The notes under the pieces: model-generated
The model's input: only the letters and a program-made list of their open reading frames with translations
Database searches by the model: none
What the model was told of the DNA's origin: nothing
NCBI RefSeq assembly: GCF_009834535.1
Contig: NC_045696.1
Coordinates: 80,974,001 to 81,038,000 of the forward strand
Reading direction: 5' to 3'
DNA from: Camelus ferus
Taxonomy: Eukaryota
Length of the DNA stretch: 64,000 bases
Part shown: one piece after another, positions 38,965-52,189 of the stretch
Position numbering within the stretch: the first letter of the stretch is position 1
Layout of the letters: each line of letters begins with the position of its first letter
Position numbers and translations under genes: made by a program

Positions 38965-40270
38965 ATCTCCAAAATTTAATAAAAATGGTAAACTTTTACA
39001 TCCAAAAATCTCAACAAACTTCAAACAAAATAAACGGAAAGAAAATGACATAGGCACTTTATAGTTAACTTGCTGAAAAACAGTGATAAAGAGCAGCCAC
39101 CGAAAAGAAGCAAGATATGATAAGAACACATTTCTTGTCAGAAACTGTGAGCCAGAAGTGAAACAACGGAGTGACATCTTTAAAGCAGTGAAAGAAAACA
39201 CAACAGTCAACCGAGAAATTTATACCCACTGAAAATGTCTTTCAAAAACAAAGGCAAATGCATACTTTTTCATACAAACAAAAGCCAGCAGACCTCCATA
39301 CAAGAAACGTTAAAGGAAGTTATTCAGGCTGGAGGAAAGTGATCACAGGTGGGTTTTCAGCAAAGGAATAAAGAACTCTGGAAATGGAAAGTATGTGGTT
39401 TATCTAAAAGAAAAAAAGCATTTTCTCTCACTCTTTAACTGTGAGGTTTCTACCATATGCAGAATTAAAATGAATAACATCAAAGACCAGTGGGGATAAT
39501 AGATGAAAGATTTTATACCATATGTTAAGGTGAAAGTAGACAATGACAAGCTACAGATAAATAATATATATTCTAGAATGATCAATAAAAATAAACAAGA
39601 ACAACCATAAAAAAACTAAGGAAGTACAGATAATAAACCAATTGTGAAGCTAAAATGGCATCATAGAACAGAAAGTAAAATAGATGAGTAAGAGAGGAAG
39701 AAAGAAACAAAGAACAGATGGGGAAAATAGAAAATAAAGACAACATGGTAGATTTAAACCTAACCATATTAATTATTACATCAAGTATAATCACTTTAAA
39801 CATCCAATTAAAAGACACAGATTGTCAGCTTGGAAAGAAAAATAAGAACAGTATATATTATCTATCAGAAAGATACTTTAAATAAAACAACACAGCTAGA
39901 TTGAAGGAAGAGGATGACAAAACATAACTATGCAAATACTAATAAAAAGAAAACTAGTGATGGTATTAATGTCAAAGTAGACTTCAGAACAAGAAATATT
40001 ACTGGAGAGGAAAAGGAACATTATATAGTTATAGAGACATCAATTCATTAATATGTCATAACAGTCCTTAACTTGTATGCACCTAATAATAGCTCCAAAA
40101 TACATGAAACAAAAACTAAAAGAACTGAAAAAAGAAATAGACAAAATCACAATTCTATCTGGAAATTTCAATATGCCTCCCTTAGGAATTGATAGAACAA
40201 GTTGGCAAAAATCAGTAAGTACACAGAAGTCTTGAACAAAACAATCAACCAATTTGACATAATTTAGTAG
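38965..40270 (+). mobile_element. Old L1 internal fragment (ORF1 end to ORF2 endonuclease region)
   Basis: Contains gacatctttaaagcagtgaaagaaa...aaagtagacttcagaacaag...aacttgtatgcacctaataa...aaatagacaaaatcacaatt, and is degenerate. Confidence 0.82.
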
Positions 40271-40279
40271 TTCTGGGCA

Positions 40280-40700
40280 ACAGACTCTAATGAAGTAGTT
40301 CACTCTCCAGCCAGGTGACAATGACTTCATCACTAGTGGCAGGTATTGATAAGTCCTGCCATGCTGTAACAAAGCAATTGTTAAAGCTTTCGCCTGTAGA
40401 GAATGGGAATTTAATACAAGGGGGAGGGTATACACTAGCTTGTACAATGTCTCTAACATTTGAAAGGGAAATAACTCTAAAGACTGTGGAATTGAGTAGC
40501 CAACTTAAAGCAAAGGGTGAGTGCCAAAGGGAGCCCTGGACAGCACTTCAAGAGACCAGTATTTCTTTCTCCAGAGGACAGCATGAGCTGATTGCCAGGC
40601 ACAAAGATTAATTGTAAGAGAGGTAGAATTTAAGAGAAGCTGAATTCTCAGGTAGGTAAGTCCTATGCCAAAGTTAGGGTCTCTCTGTTTGCAAACTATA
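40280..40700 (+). mobile_element. Degenerate ERVL-class internal (gag-region) fragment
   Basis: caacttaaagcaaagggtgagtgccaaaggg...ttaattgtaagagaggtagaatttaagagaagctgaattctca...tcctatgccaaagttaggg resembles the 5' internal region of class III ERVs. Confidence 0.5.
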
Positions 40701-43700
40701 TCAACACATGCCTCAGCCTCTTATACAGAATTCTTCACCAATTCAGTAGCTTTCAAGAATTGGCCTACAAGACCAATCTCGAGACAGCCCCTGCCAAGGC
40801 CGGGGTGGACAGATGATAATGACTATGCCAAATCAGAGAAGTCTACAGTCTTCCCTTGAGACCCAGCTCTGTCACCTCCCTCTGTCAAGCAGCCCAGGGT
40901 CTGCCTTGTAGTCAGGGAGTCACTAAAGCTTGGAGCAACTTCTCCCAGTTTGCCTCACATCCCTATTCGTGTCATTTAAGAGGAAGCTGATCTTCTGAAT
41001 GCCTTTAATTTCTTTCTGGAGGGTGCTTCTAGGCATAGCAAGGTAGCTGCAGGCAGCTTCTGCTGTATACTCAGGGCTGAACTTCAGAGAGGAGAGAGGC
41101 AAAATCATTTCCCTAGAGGAAAACTCAAACTTACTAGAGTAAAAGTTATGGGTGCTCCCAGCTGTATGGATTTAGAAACGTTTTGCTAGCCTTGGCTAGT
41201 TCAGTAGAAAATCCTTTTTGTTATGCTTGGAGGAGGTTGGTGCAATGAGAAGATCCTCATACCATCTACACTAACTACAAATCTCCTCTGGTTGCATACA
41301 GCGCTTTGCCAGGTGGCTCTGGAGCTAAGCTGCATTTGCTGGGTTGCATTCACCCACTTTTGTTGGATTACATGGCCTTGTGAGATCCTCTTCCACAAGG
41401 AGGCATTTTGTGATGAGAATAACCTTATTATTAGTAGTAGCTAAGCATGGCGACTCATTTTTTGGATTGCTGTATGTCCGAAGGCCAAGCCCAGTCCCTG
41501 GAGGTGAGTGGCCGAGCGCCGAGAGCAGACAGCACCAGCCCCCGTGCAGGGCCGGCGCAGGCGCAGAGCCGCCCTGGAGCCTGGTCTTCCAGCCACAGAC
41601 CTGCTTCTTGAAGTAGAGCTTCTGGCTGTGAAGCCATGATTTTTAATTTTGTATTTGGCGTATTGTATGATTTTTATTTATTCTGCCTTAGCTGCAGCTA
41701 CTCCCTGATTAATCCCCCCTTGCCCTGCCCTTTGCCTCTCTCCTCTCCAAGTCATCCTGCACTTCGGCGACAGAACTTTCCTAAACCCACGCCCCTCAAG
41801 CCCCAAAGCCTATTAGGACTGCTCGCTAGGCAGCACTTTAAGGATCTTTCATTTTTTTTCATAGCATTCAAGGCCCCTTCTAAGCTCAATCAACTAACTT
41901 CCCACTCTCCTCTGCTACCTAATCTCACCCTATTATACATCTTGCAAGGCTGCAATAGAGGTTAGAGAGACAATTTTTCAAACCCCAAATCAGAACACTT
42001 GCTTAAGCAAATGAATAATTGTGAAGATACTGGGCGAGAATGGTTTCAATCTATACAATACTGGAACAGTCTAAGTCTTACGGTATAATTTCTCCTTCCC
42101 ACTTCTTGCCTGCCTCTGCGTCACTGTTTTTTCTGCCCAGAAGCACTTTTGACTTCCTCAATTTCTCAGTCTCATTCCTCAGCCTGTTGGTATTCTGTCG
42201 GTCCAGTTCCAGATCCAATGCACACTCTCCATTTCACAGTTTAAATGAATTCTCTCCTCTTTGTGCCCTCAAGCCATTTACAAAAACCTGTGCCATATTT
42301 TCCCTTCACTAAAATGTGCGTGTTTTATTCACCTTGGTGTTCCCCTTAGCACCTAATTATCATAAACCTTTCTTGAGTTTCTCTTACGTAACAAGCCCCC
42401 TTATTACCTCATTTGAGTCTCAGAACATACTTCTCATACATTGTTACCCTTTTACAATTGAGGAAGTTGCATCTTGTGATGGTTAGGCAACTCATCCAGA
42501 TGCTCACAGTTTGTAAGCAGTAAGCCTGGACTTCAAACCCAGTTATCTGTGGCCTCGGAGCTCTGCATACACAGGAAGTGTTCAAAAAAACAGCCTTTTC
42601 AAACACTGAATTGAGTCAGGTGAACCAAGAGATAAGGGAATCACTCTGCAAAAGAAGCTAGCACTCCGGAGATTAGCGACCCTCATATTTTTAAATCATA
42701 ACAAGGAAGATACCAAATAATTGATTAGATTTTAAAGATCATTGCAGTTGAAGTATGAGGGAAATGAATGTAAGCAGAGTAGAAAAAAACAAAAACAAAA
42801 GCACCACAAGAAAAGCTTTGTTCACAATGCATTTCCTCCCTCCTTTATCAAAGGTGAACGTTTTCCCTTTGCCTCTGGCTGAGCAGTTGCTCCCTCGGAC
42901 ATCCCGGGACACACCGAGTCAGCATCACCTGCTCTTTCAGTAGATGATGGCAGAGAGCAAGGGCCTGCAGGTCCTGGGCTCGTCCCCATGCCACTCACTC
43001 CCCCACCTTGGTGCCATCCATTTACACCCTCCCCCCCGTGAGAGGTGTCACCTTGACACAAAGTGACATTCAACTGATGAGGCTGCTAGGGATAACCAGA
43101 CAGCAAAACTGACCCTGCTCCATTTAAAGGATGCTGAAAAGAAGGCCAATTGTGCAAACACAGCGAGCTTAAGTGTCCTTGGAAAACACCCTGTCTCCTC
43201 TTGGCACGGGATAGGGCCCAGCCTTGTCTTGCAGGCAGGGACCAAAATGGGGAGTAGTATCATAATTATTGTTTCCATGAATATTAATGTATGAATCTCA
43301 CTTCTGTCAACCCATCTTGATGGCTTCATAATGGGTTCCTTGCAGGTCTCACTCATCTAGGGCTTCCAGAATGAAATTGCTTCATCAAATGTGGAATTTC
43401 TTGATGAGAGGCCCCTGGCTTCATCATGTGATCAGCTCTCATGGAGTTGAAAGTGGGCTGCTATTCCGTTTTAATTTCTTTTTCTTTTCTCCTCTCGCCC
43501 TTAGGGATTTTGGATAAAAGAGTTTATTAGCTGAGTTCACTGGCTTGTCTCCCCAAAGCCTGGAACTATACTTCAAACTCAGCCAAGGCCCTTCCTTTGA
43601 GAGCATGCCAGCTACAGAAGACAGACAAGCAGGTGCAAACTGTTTGTTCCAGTCAGCCTTCCTGCAGAAAGCCTGAGAACATCCCGCTAGGCCAGCGAGT

Positions 43701-43756
43701 GACGTTCCCGATGGCAGAAGAGCACAGGCAAGTGATCATCTTTATGGTATGAATAT

Positions 43757-44365
43757 GACTCCACAATCCACTTTCCACAATCCTAAAGTCTAAAAGGTTT
43801 GAAAAGCAAAAGTTTTGTTTTAATTTTATTTTTTATTGAAGTGTAGTTGATTTACAATGTTAGTTTCAGGTGTACAGCAAAGTGGTTCAGTTACACATAT
43901 ACCTACATATACATTGTTTTCAGATTCTTTTCCATTATAGCTTATTACAAGAAATTGCATAGAGTTCCCTGTGCTATACAGTAAGTCCTTGCTGTTTATC
44001 TATTTTATATATAGTAGGGTGTATCTGTTAATCCCAAACTCCTAATTTATCCCCCCAACCCCCTGCTTTCCCCTTTGGTAACCATAGTTTGTTTTCTATG
44101 TCCGTGAGGAAAAACATTAGTTTTTTGTTTTGTTTACACATTTGTAGTAAACTCACTTGGTAGTAAAATCGCACTTGACATGAACTGGAACAAAGCCATT
44201 TATAATCTTTATCTCATTTAACATGAATATTTACACATTATGCTGCAAAAATCAACATGTTTAATTATAAAGTATTCCCTGTTAGTGTGTGTGTGTATCT
44301 GAAATATTCTAAATGTCAAAGCACATACAACCCCAGGGGTAGTAGATAAGAAATTGTAGACCCAT
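43757..44365. mobile_element. Tigger-type DNA transposon fossil split by an L1 3' end
   Basis: The ends tccacaatccactttcc and gataagaaattgtagacc are roughly inverted, and the L1 lies between them. Confidence 0.5.
43817..44107 (-). mobile_element. Artiodactyl/camelid L1 3' end
   Basis: Contains ttttattgaagtgtagttgatttacaatgttagtttcaggtgtacagcaaag...gttccctgtgctatacagta. The diverged TSD is gaaaagcaaaagtttt / gaaaaacattagtttt. Confidence 0.88.
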
Positions 44366-45521
44366 AGTATAAAAGCACAAGAAAAATTCCTGCTTAGTAA
44401 CTTAAGGAGAAGTTTACCCCATCTCTACATTCATGAGTTTCTAGTTCTCACTCTTGCTGAATTGAAACTTGCTTGCTGGCCTGATGAAAGTTACTTTACT
44501 GTCACAGAGCCAGTCTCAGACTGTGAGCTGAGGCCAGAAAGAAATTGTTTAAACTCTCTTAGTCTCAGTTTCCTCATCTGTGCAATGGGGATGAAAATTC
44601 CAGTCCTAATTTCTATGAGGACAGGGTTGAGACTCAAATCGGAAAGCCCTTGGAAACAGGAAACTACCACAAAATTATCAGATGTAATTATCAAAGCCAG
44701 GTCACATGACCGTTCAGTTCGTGTCCTTTACAAAATTTTTCCAGATTAAAAAAAGTACATTCTCCATTAGTTTGTCTGGGCCCAACCTCATCATCAATTT
44801 ATGAGTCGTGATGCCCTCTCACTCCTCAATCACACTGGATAAGTCTGGCCTGGGCAAATTTATGATTGTATATTTGTATGAGCTCAAAAGCATGGGACGA
44901 CGCCAGCTTAGATTGCATTAGGGTTAAAATATTACAGAATAAAACCTTTTGGCCCTCTGATTAATCAATATGTTTGGTAACACCAATGTATTTGAAAAAA
45001 AATATTTTTCCATTTTGGAAAGAGAGTAAGACTGAAAGAAAGAGTTTATGCAACAGACAACTAGCACGGCTGTGTATGGTGATTATGGATCTAAGGAACG
45101 CCTTAAATAGGGCAGATAAGATCCTGATCATGGGCTGAAACTGGAGGGAGCAGAAACTGGCCCAACAAAACCAAATATAAAGAAATAGAGAAAAAGACAT
45201 CTAGCAAAGGAGAGGAGTCTAGAACTCCTTACGGCTTTTGGCTAATGTACATTTTCCTTCCATGGGGCACATTACTCTCTGTTCTTAAGAGTTTTAAAAT
45301 CTGTGGAACATATGTATGAGTTAGCTACCTAAAATAAAGACTTCAACGAGGCCTAGAATTAAATATAACAGTGACAATAATAATCTGCAATTTACTGACT
45401 GCCTACTATGGGCATTTAAATACATTATCTCATGTAATGTTTACAACATTTCTATGTGGTAAGTATGATTATAATCTTTACAACATTTCTATACGATAAG
45501 TATGGTTATCACCCTCATGCA

Positions 45522-46075
45522 CTCTATTTATTGCTGTGTAACAAACCATCCCAAAACTCAGTGGTTTAAAGCAACAATTCCTTATTGTCCCTCATGGTTG
45601 TGTGTGTTAACAGAGCTCAGCTGAGCAGTTGTCTTTAGGGATTTCATGCAGTCACTGTGAGAAGTGACTGGAGACCTCTGGTGACTCAGTTGTGCTGGGC
45701 GTTCACGACGGCTTCTCCTCTCATGTCTGTCTCCTGAGCTGGGATAGCTGGAACACCCGGGGGCTGGCGAGGCATCTCTTCTCTGGGTCTTTTCCGCAGT
45801 CCAACTTGGGCTTCTTCCCAGCATGGCAACCTCCGAGTGGTCAGATTTCTTATATGGCAGCTTTTTACCCCTAGATGGAATGTCCTGAGGGAACTAGGTG
45901 GACTCTGCAAGGTTTCTTATGACCTCACCTCGGAAGTCATGCTGAGTCATTTCCATGAATTTTATTGGCCAAACATGAGTCACAGGACCAATCCAGATTC
46001 AAAGGGAGAGATTTATACAAAGATGTAGATACTAAGCCACGTGATTCACCGAGGGACCATCTTAGGAGACTGGCA
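45522..46075 (-). mobile_element. MaLR LTR (MLT1-type) inserted into a MIR
   Basis: Contains attgctgtgtaacaaaccatcccaaaactcagtggtttaaagcaacaa...gtcacaggaccaatccagattcaaggg-like motifs. MIR pieces flank it at about 45380-45520 and 46125-46230. Confidence 0.8.
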
Positions 46076-47579
46076 AATAGATATAGTTATAACAAATAAA
46101 AATATAAATACCTTTGATAAATCACGTTATAAATGAGAGAGTTGCAAGGTTAAGTTACTTGTCCAATGTCTAACACCTTGTAAGAGGTCAAGGTGGAGTT
46201 CAAATTCAGCTCTTTATAATTCTACTATGCTACACTCTACCTACTAAGTAAAATTTTCCCTGGAAAATAAATTAATTTACTGAAACAGTGTGTATTAAAG
46301 CATTGCACAAGAAAGGCATAAACATAAGGTCTCCATCCTCTAAAAACTCTAGAAGGCTGCGGTTTTAGTGTGAAAACAACATTGGGCTTGATATTAGAAG
46401 CTCAGAGTTTGAATCCTGACTCTGTAACCTCGGGCAACTCATTTAATACCTCTGAAACTCAGTTTTCTGAAAGGCAGAATGAAGGTAACAATGCCTTTCC
46501 TACAAGATTGGTGTAATAATTAAATAAAACAAGATATGTGAGTATAATTTTGTTAGTGATAGAGCATTATATAAATAGTGGGCTTCACAATTGCGTGGAC
46601 ACACAATGGTTATATAACAGTGTAAAAGAGAAAAATGCCTCTTCCCAGGACGTATGCAAGTTGAGACTTGATGGACACCAGCCGGGACACACGAGAAGTG
46701 ACCCGTGCAATCACTGGGATGTTGCATCAGCTGCCCTGGGAAGCTCCTTCCATCTCCATACTCCCTGACAGCATAGGGAGTTTCCTGGGAAATTCTTAGT
46801 CTTGACTGCAGGAGGCACTTCTTTCCTTCACAAGGTAGGAAACTACCATTTTTGTCAGGGAATGAATAGGACACCAGAGTCCCAACGGGCAGAAACTGAG
46901 ACAAAATTCACTCCCTAATTTTATTTAACGTAATCTTTTTTTTTTACTTTGGCTTCAGAATGCTCGCTATGGGCAGATCAGTTAGGGATGAAATATTGTA
47001 GGAGTTCAGAGGGAGCTGCAGCTGAACCCAAGTTTGAACTTGAGTATAACTGTGTCTTACGGACTGAGATCAACTTATCCTGGGAGCACAGTCCCGTGGG
47101 AGTGAATGGTTGTGGATGGAGGAGAGCAGCCCAGGCTGCATCCTGAGCTGGACCCGCTCATCCACCAATCAGCTGTGGAGAGAGGGCTCAGATGCAGTTC
47201 AAGCCCTCACACTCAGGGTTTTCTGTGATGCTCTGGGAAACGAGCAATGTGTCTTTCAGGCCCAGGGGGCAAAGAGAGACAAAGGGGAGTTGGCCACTTT
47301 CTCCTTTCTTCCTGGAACTCTTAGCGGTTTGGCACAGAGAGGCCTGTTTGGGCACTAAGGGTGTTCCAAAGGAAGGGGGAGTGAACATTTGAACTGTAAG
47401 AAGTAATATGAATGCCCCCTGGTATGGCTGGATATGGATAAACTGAGGATACAGAACAGCTGACTTCTAACATAGATTTAATCTGTGTATAGCCATGTTT
47501 CCCGAATCTCTCTCTAAGGGTTCATGTTTACTCCTTCCCCCCGCATACGTTTTAGATAATAATACCCATGAAACTGTTT

Positions 47580-47885
47580 TAGTTTATTTTTTATTTTCTG
47601 TTTTTTAAAGTGTCCAATTCAGTGGCTTTTGGTATATTCAGAAAGTTGTATCCATCACCACTATCTAATGCCATAACATGTTTATCACACCGAAATAAAA
47701 CCCACTAGCAGTCACTCCCCATTGCTCTCTCTCGGCAGTCTCTGGCAACCACTAACCTACTTTCTGTCTCCATAGATTTGCCTATTCTGCATGTGGCATA
47801 CAAGTAGAATCATACAATATGTGGCTTTTCTGTCTGGATTCTTATACTTGGCACATTTTCAAGGTTCATTTAAGTTGCAAATGGT
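47580..47885 (-). mobile_element. L1MB-like 3' end
   Basis: Contains aaagtgtccaattcagtggcttttggtatattcag...ggcaaccactaacctactttctgtctccatagatttgcctattctg. Confidence 0.85.
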
Positions 47886-49159
47886 AGTTTTCTTTAGACT
47901 TTTTGAAATTTCACCAATAGCTTAGGTATCTTCACCATAGTACCTTTGAAAGTCCACAGGGTTCAGACCTCCAGCCTGAGAACAGGGCAAGGAGTAAGAA
48001 CAGCATTCAGAAATGCTTTACTAGAGTTTAGGACATCTAATCTCTCTTTTCCTTTCTCCTCTTCCTTCAATTAGAGCCCTTTTAAAAAATCTCTTAATAA
48101 ACAGTAGATCTATGGTTTCTATCTTTAGGATTTGTATGAACTAGTAAAAAATTTTTTTAAATAGTGGACTTACATATGCTTGACAACTTTCTATTTGCCA
48201 ATAAGAACATAAAAAAAACCCATCTTCCATCCCAGTGATTTACTTAAAAGATAACTCCAGAAAGGTAGATACTAGACTAAAGGACAGTTGAAAAAAATTC
48301 ATTTTAATAATTGTTTTTTACAAGCTTACTAGTTTATTTTTCTCTTGCTATGGACCAACGAAAAAAACCTCATAGACAAATCAGAAAGATAAATCAGATC
48401 ATACCAAACGGGGACAGAATAATTATCTACAAAACTGCGTCAAAGTATAGCTGTTCCTCACCTCATCCACCGTGCTTTCATTAGGGACACGCAATCATTT
48501 CCAGTGATATTTTTTTTCCTCTGGCTCCTCCTTACTAAGAAAGTTAGATTTCTATGCCACACATCCGCCTAGGCTTTGGTGATTTCAAAACGGGGGAAGA
48601 AAGGCCAGTGTGGGATGACTTCGAGGCTAAGTTGTCTAAAGAGTCGGGAAGAAGAGGGGAGAAGAAAACTGAGAAAGGAGGAGTAACATCCTCTTGGGCG
48701 GGGGTAGTTTGCTTCGGGTGGGCGTGTGCTGGGATGACCGATTCCCGGAAGCATGTGTGGTGTGAAAGACTTGGAGAGGGGCAGCAAGAATAAACAGGAA
48801 GTGTTCGCTGGGATGAGAGAGGCCCTCTTTACTATTTTTTCAGAAATATTATACAAGAAGACTGAAATTCCTTTTGTAAAAAATACAGAGACTGGGCATC
48901 ATGGTCCAGGATTCAAAAAAGGTCAGACAAAACCTCACAGCAGTTGTTCAGCTTTCAGACCATCAATCTCCCATTACAACTGGTGATTCTTAACTTCTTC
49001 TCCAAGACACTTTGATTCTCTTCCTCTGTCTCCTAGGCACAGGTTTCTCTTAGGAAATAAAGAAACTTTATTTGTACAAGAATACTGTACGTGTGCTATA
49101 TAGATATGAATATTTATCTTCTTGGGTTGGAGAGAGTAACTGTAATGGCAGTCTTTACT

Positions 49160-49765
49160 CATTCCTTAAATCATTTGTTTATTCATTCAAAAAACATTTA
49201 TTATTTCCTAAGTGAAAAGGTTTTGCCTGAGGGCTTACTAGATATACAGATTAAATTAATGCCTAGGCCTTGAATTAACAAATATTTGGCTTGAGATATG
49301 TAAATGAAAGAAATTGCGGTGGTGCACAGTAACAATATTACAAGGCACAGAGGTAGGGAGTGATCAACTCTGTCTTCAGAGGGGTGGGGCAAGGGGAAAG
49401 TTCAATAAAGACTTCCTGGAAGAGGTGACATCTGAGCCTAAGAAGGTAAATAGCAGCATATCAGGCAGACTGGGGTGGAGAGAATGTTCCTGGAAGAGAG
49501 AACAGAGAAGAGTGAATTATTTATGGTCACACTGGAAAAAGCATGAAGCTGGGAATGGTGGAAGATTAAGCTGGAGTGCAGGGGGCAGAGCACAGAGGTG
49601 GATTTGGGACTCTGTCGTGGGGGTGACAGAAGGCCAGTGAAGAGATTTACTCTGAGAGGCATAACATGGTTTGCATTCAGAAAGCTCACACTATAAGGCT
49701 GTGGGGAATAGAGCAGGCTAGACAAAGAGTAATAAGACGGCTCTTACGGCAGCCCAGGTGAGAAA
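49160..49765 (-). mobile_element. L2 fragment
   Basis: Contains attcattcaaaaaacatttatt...acttcctggaagaggtgacatctgagc...gcagcccaggtgagaaa. Confidence 0.7.
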
Positions 49766-50037
49766 GAATTCAGAGAGGGACTGTGACATACATACAGTCA
49801 GCTGAGGCTGCAAAAGGGAGAGATTCATGCTGCCTGGGAAGATCTGGGAAGACATCTGGGAGATGGGACTTGATTGTCTTGAAAGAACTGAACTTCAAAG
49901 GCACAAACTGAAGAAAATGGGAAATTCCTGGAGATAGTCTCCGTTTGTTCTAAACCCCCGATGCCCGGCTCAGATCAAGTCACATAGCAGGCTTTCGAGT
50001 GTAAGTTTGTTGGGATGAATGGAAAACAGATTCCAGG

Positions 50038-50553
50038 GTGTTATTAGTTATCTCTTAACCTACCCTAAATCTTAGTGGTTAAAAACAACCATGATTTGTT
50101 TTTGCTTGTCTGTCTACAGATGAGATGGGAAGCCCTGCAAATCTGGGCTGGGCTTGGTGACCTTGGTATCAGCAGCCATCATTCACTCAAGCATCCACAG
50201 TCCTCTAGTAGGTTCATTAGTGGCTGGATGGCTGTCAGATTGAGAGACAGGGAGACTGAGCCACATGTGTCTTAGCATCTAAGTAAACTAGCCTGGGCTT
50301 GCTCCCATGGTGGCAGCGGGGTTCCACGAGAGTGAACAAAAAGCACTGCAAGGCCTCTTAAGGCTTAGGCTCAGAACTTGCATTGCATCACTTCTATTGC
50401 CTCTTGCTGGCCCAGGCAAGTCACAAGGCCTGCCCAGATTCATGGGGAGGGAGAAAGGTCCATTTCTTGATGGGAAATAGAAAGGAAAGCCATATTCTGA
50501 AGGGATGTGGAAAGACTGGGGGGAAATTGAGGGCATTGTTATAATCTGTCACG
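50038..50553 (-). mobile_element. MaLR LTR (MLT1-type)
   Basis: Contains ccctaaatcttagtggttaaaaacaa...aaggcctcttaaggcttaggctcagaact...caagtcacaaggcctgcccagattca. Confidence 0.78.
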
Positions 50554-52189
50554 CTGGCAGGTGGAAGAGGCTGAGCAGGGTTGGGAGACTGGACTGCACT
50601 GAGCATAATCAGGGGAGCGTGGACTGACTGGCCACTCAGAGGCAGGCTCAGCAGGGACATGGGGGTACACAGAAGAAGACTAAGCAGGATGAGAACGCAG
50701 AAGCCAGACCACAGAGAGCTTTGAAGGTCAGGCTGGGGATGTTTGGACTGTATTTTCCACTCTCTGGGCAGCACTCAGAAGTTTTTGAGACAGAAAATGA
50801 CACTATCAGAGGAAACCTCAACCAGGGTGGGAGGTTGGGGATGTTCATTCTAGACCCCGGCGCTGGTCATTCAGGAGTGGATTGTGCATTGCAGCCTTGA
50901 GAAAAGCATGTAAAAGCTTCTCTCTGCCCAGTGCCTTCTAAGGTGGCAAATGGACCCCTTCCAAATGCCAAACCAGGAGCCAGCCTAAGTCTACTGAGAC
51001 CACCACACGAGCACAGATGAACACATTCTCAGCAACGTGCAACATGTTCGCCGGCCCAGGCTAATTTTTCACTACTCTTTCCTGTCCTTTGGAAGAATCT
51101 TGGTCATAAAATGAATGCAAGGAACAATCTCTTATGTTTGTGGGACATAAGTAGTAAACCTTGTGATAGAGACAATTGGTTGTTTTCAAAGCCCAATCCT
51201 ACTCTCTTTTGAACTGTAAGTATACTCAACCCGCCCCTTGCACAGCCCTCAAACTACCTTGGGGGTTTGCCCTCTCTGTTTTGCAGTGCTGAGAACTGAA
51301 CCGAAGAAGGACTAGCAACAGAGTAGTAGATGCTGGGTCCCTGGGGAGTGAGCAGGCTTAAATCCTAAGCCATCCTAAATGACAAAGTCCTTGCCCTCCA
51401 TAGATAAACTCCTTCCATTGCTCTTTAAGGTATACCAACGTAACAAAATAGGTCATATCACCCAGGCCCAGAATGGCGGCATTTCAACAGGTTAGCTCTA
51501 TTAAGAGGAATCATGGGATATTCTTCTCTTAACTTTTTCGTAATTAATTCCTATGCATGCTCCGGCGTTCCACCTCAACAATGTGAACTCAGGGCCATGG
51601 CCATCTGGCTCCCTGCTTTATCACTAAGATCTAACACTTAATTGGTGCTTAGTGATTATTAATCTAGTGAATATATGAATGAATATTCAAGCCAAACAGA
51701 AAAGATTAAAGAGGATGACAATATTGAGTTCAGCTCTCTGCAGAGCCACTTGCCAGTTGTATTTTTGTGGGCAGGTTACTTGCTTAATCTTTCTAAGCCT
51801 CAGATTTATCACGTGTACAGTGATGATAAGAGGCTCTACCTCAGAGTTTGCAGGGAAGAAAGCACCTATGTGAGATCTGCTACATAGTTGATGCTCAATA
51901 AATAAAAGATGAGGAGGGCAAGTTGGAGAAAGAGATAGCTCCCAATTCTGGCAAGGTGGAGTTCTATCCAAAATGTGCAGAAGGAGACATATGGAGCAAA
52001 CCAATTCAATTTATCTGCAGCTGGCAGAAAGGTATCATGAGACCACTCTCACTGTTTGGGTTCCTGCCATCTCACCAAATCCATTCCCCTTCTCAACTGG
52101 AGGTGGGCTTTTAAAGCGCAGTCCATATGTCAGATGGCAGCATGACGTGGACCAAACGTGAACTCTCATCGCTAAATACACCTAACACA

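Noticed and set aside
38686..39210. Longest ORF in the window (174 aa, minus strand)
   Set aside because: It is an antisense reading of A-rich L1/LTR remnants with no recognisable domain.
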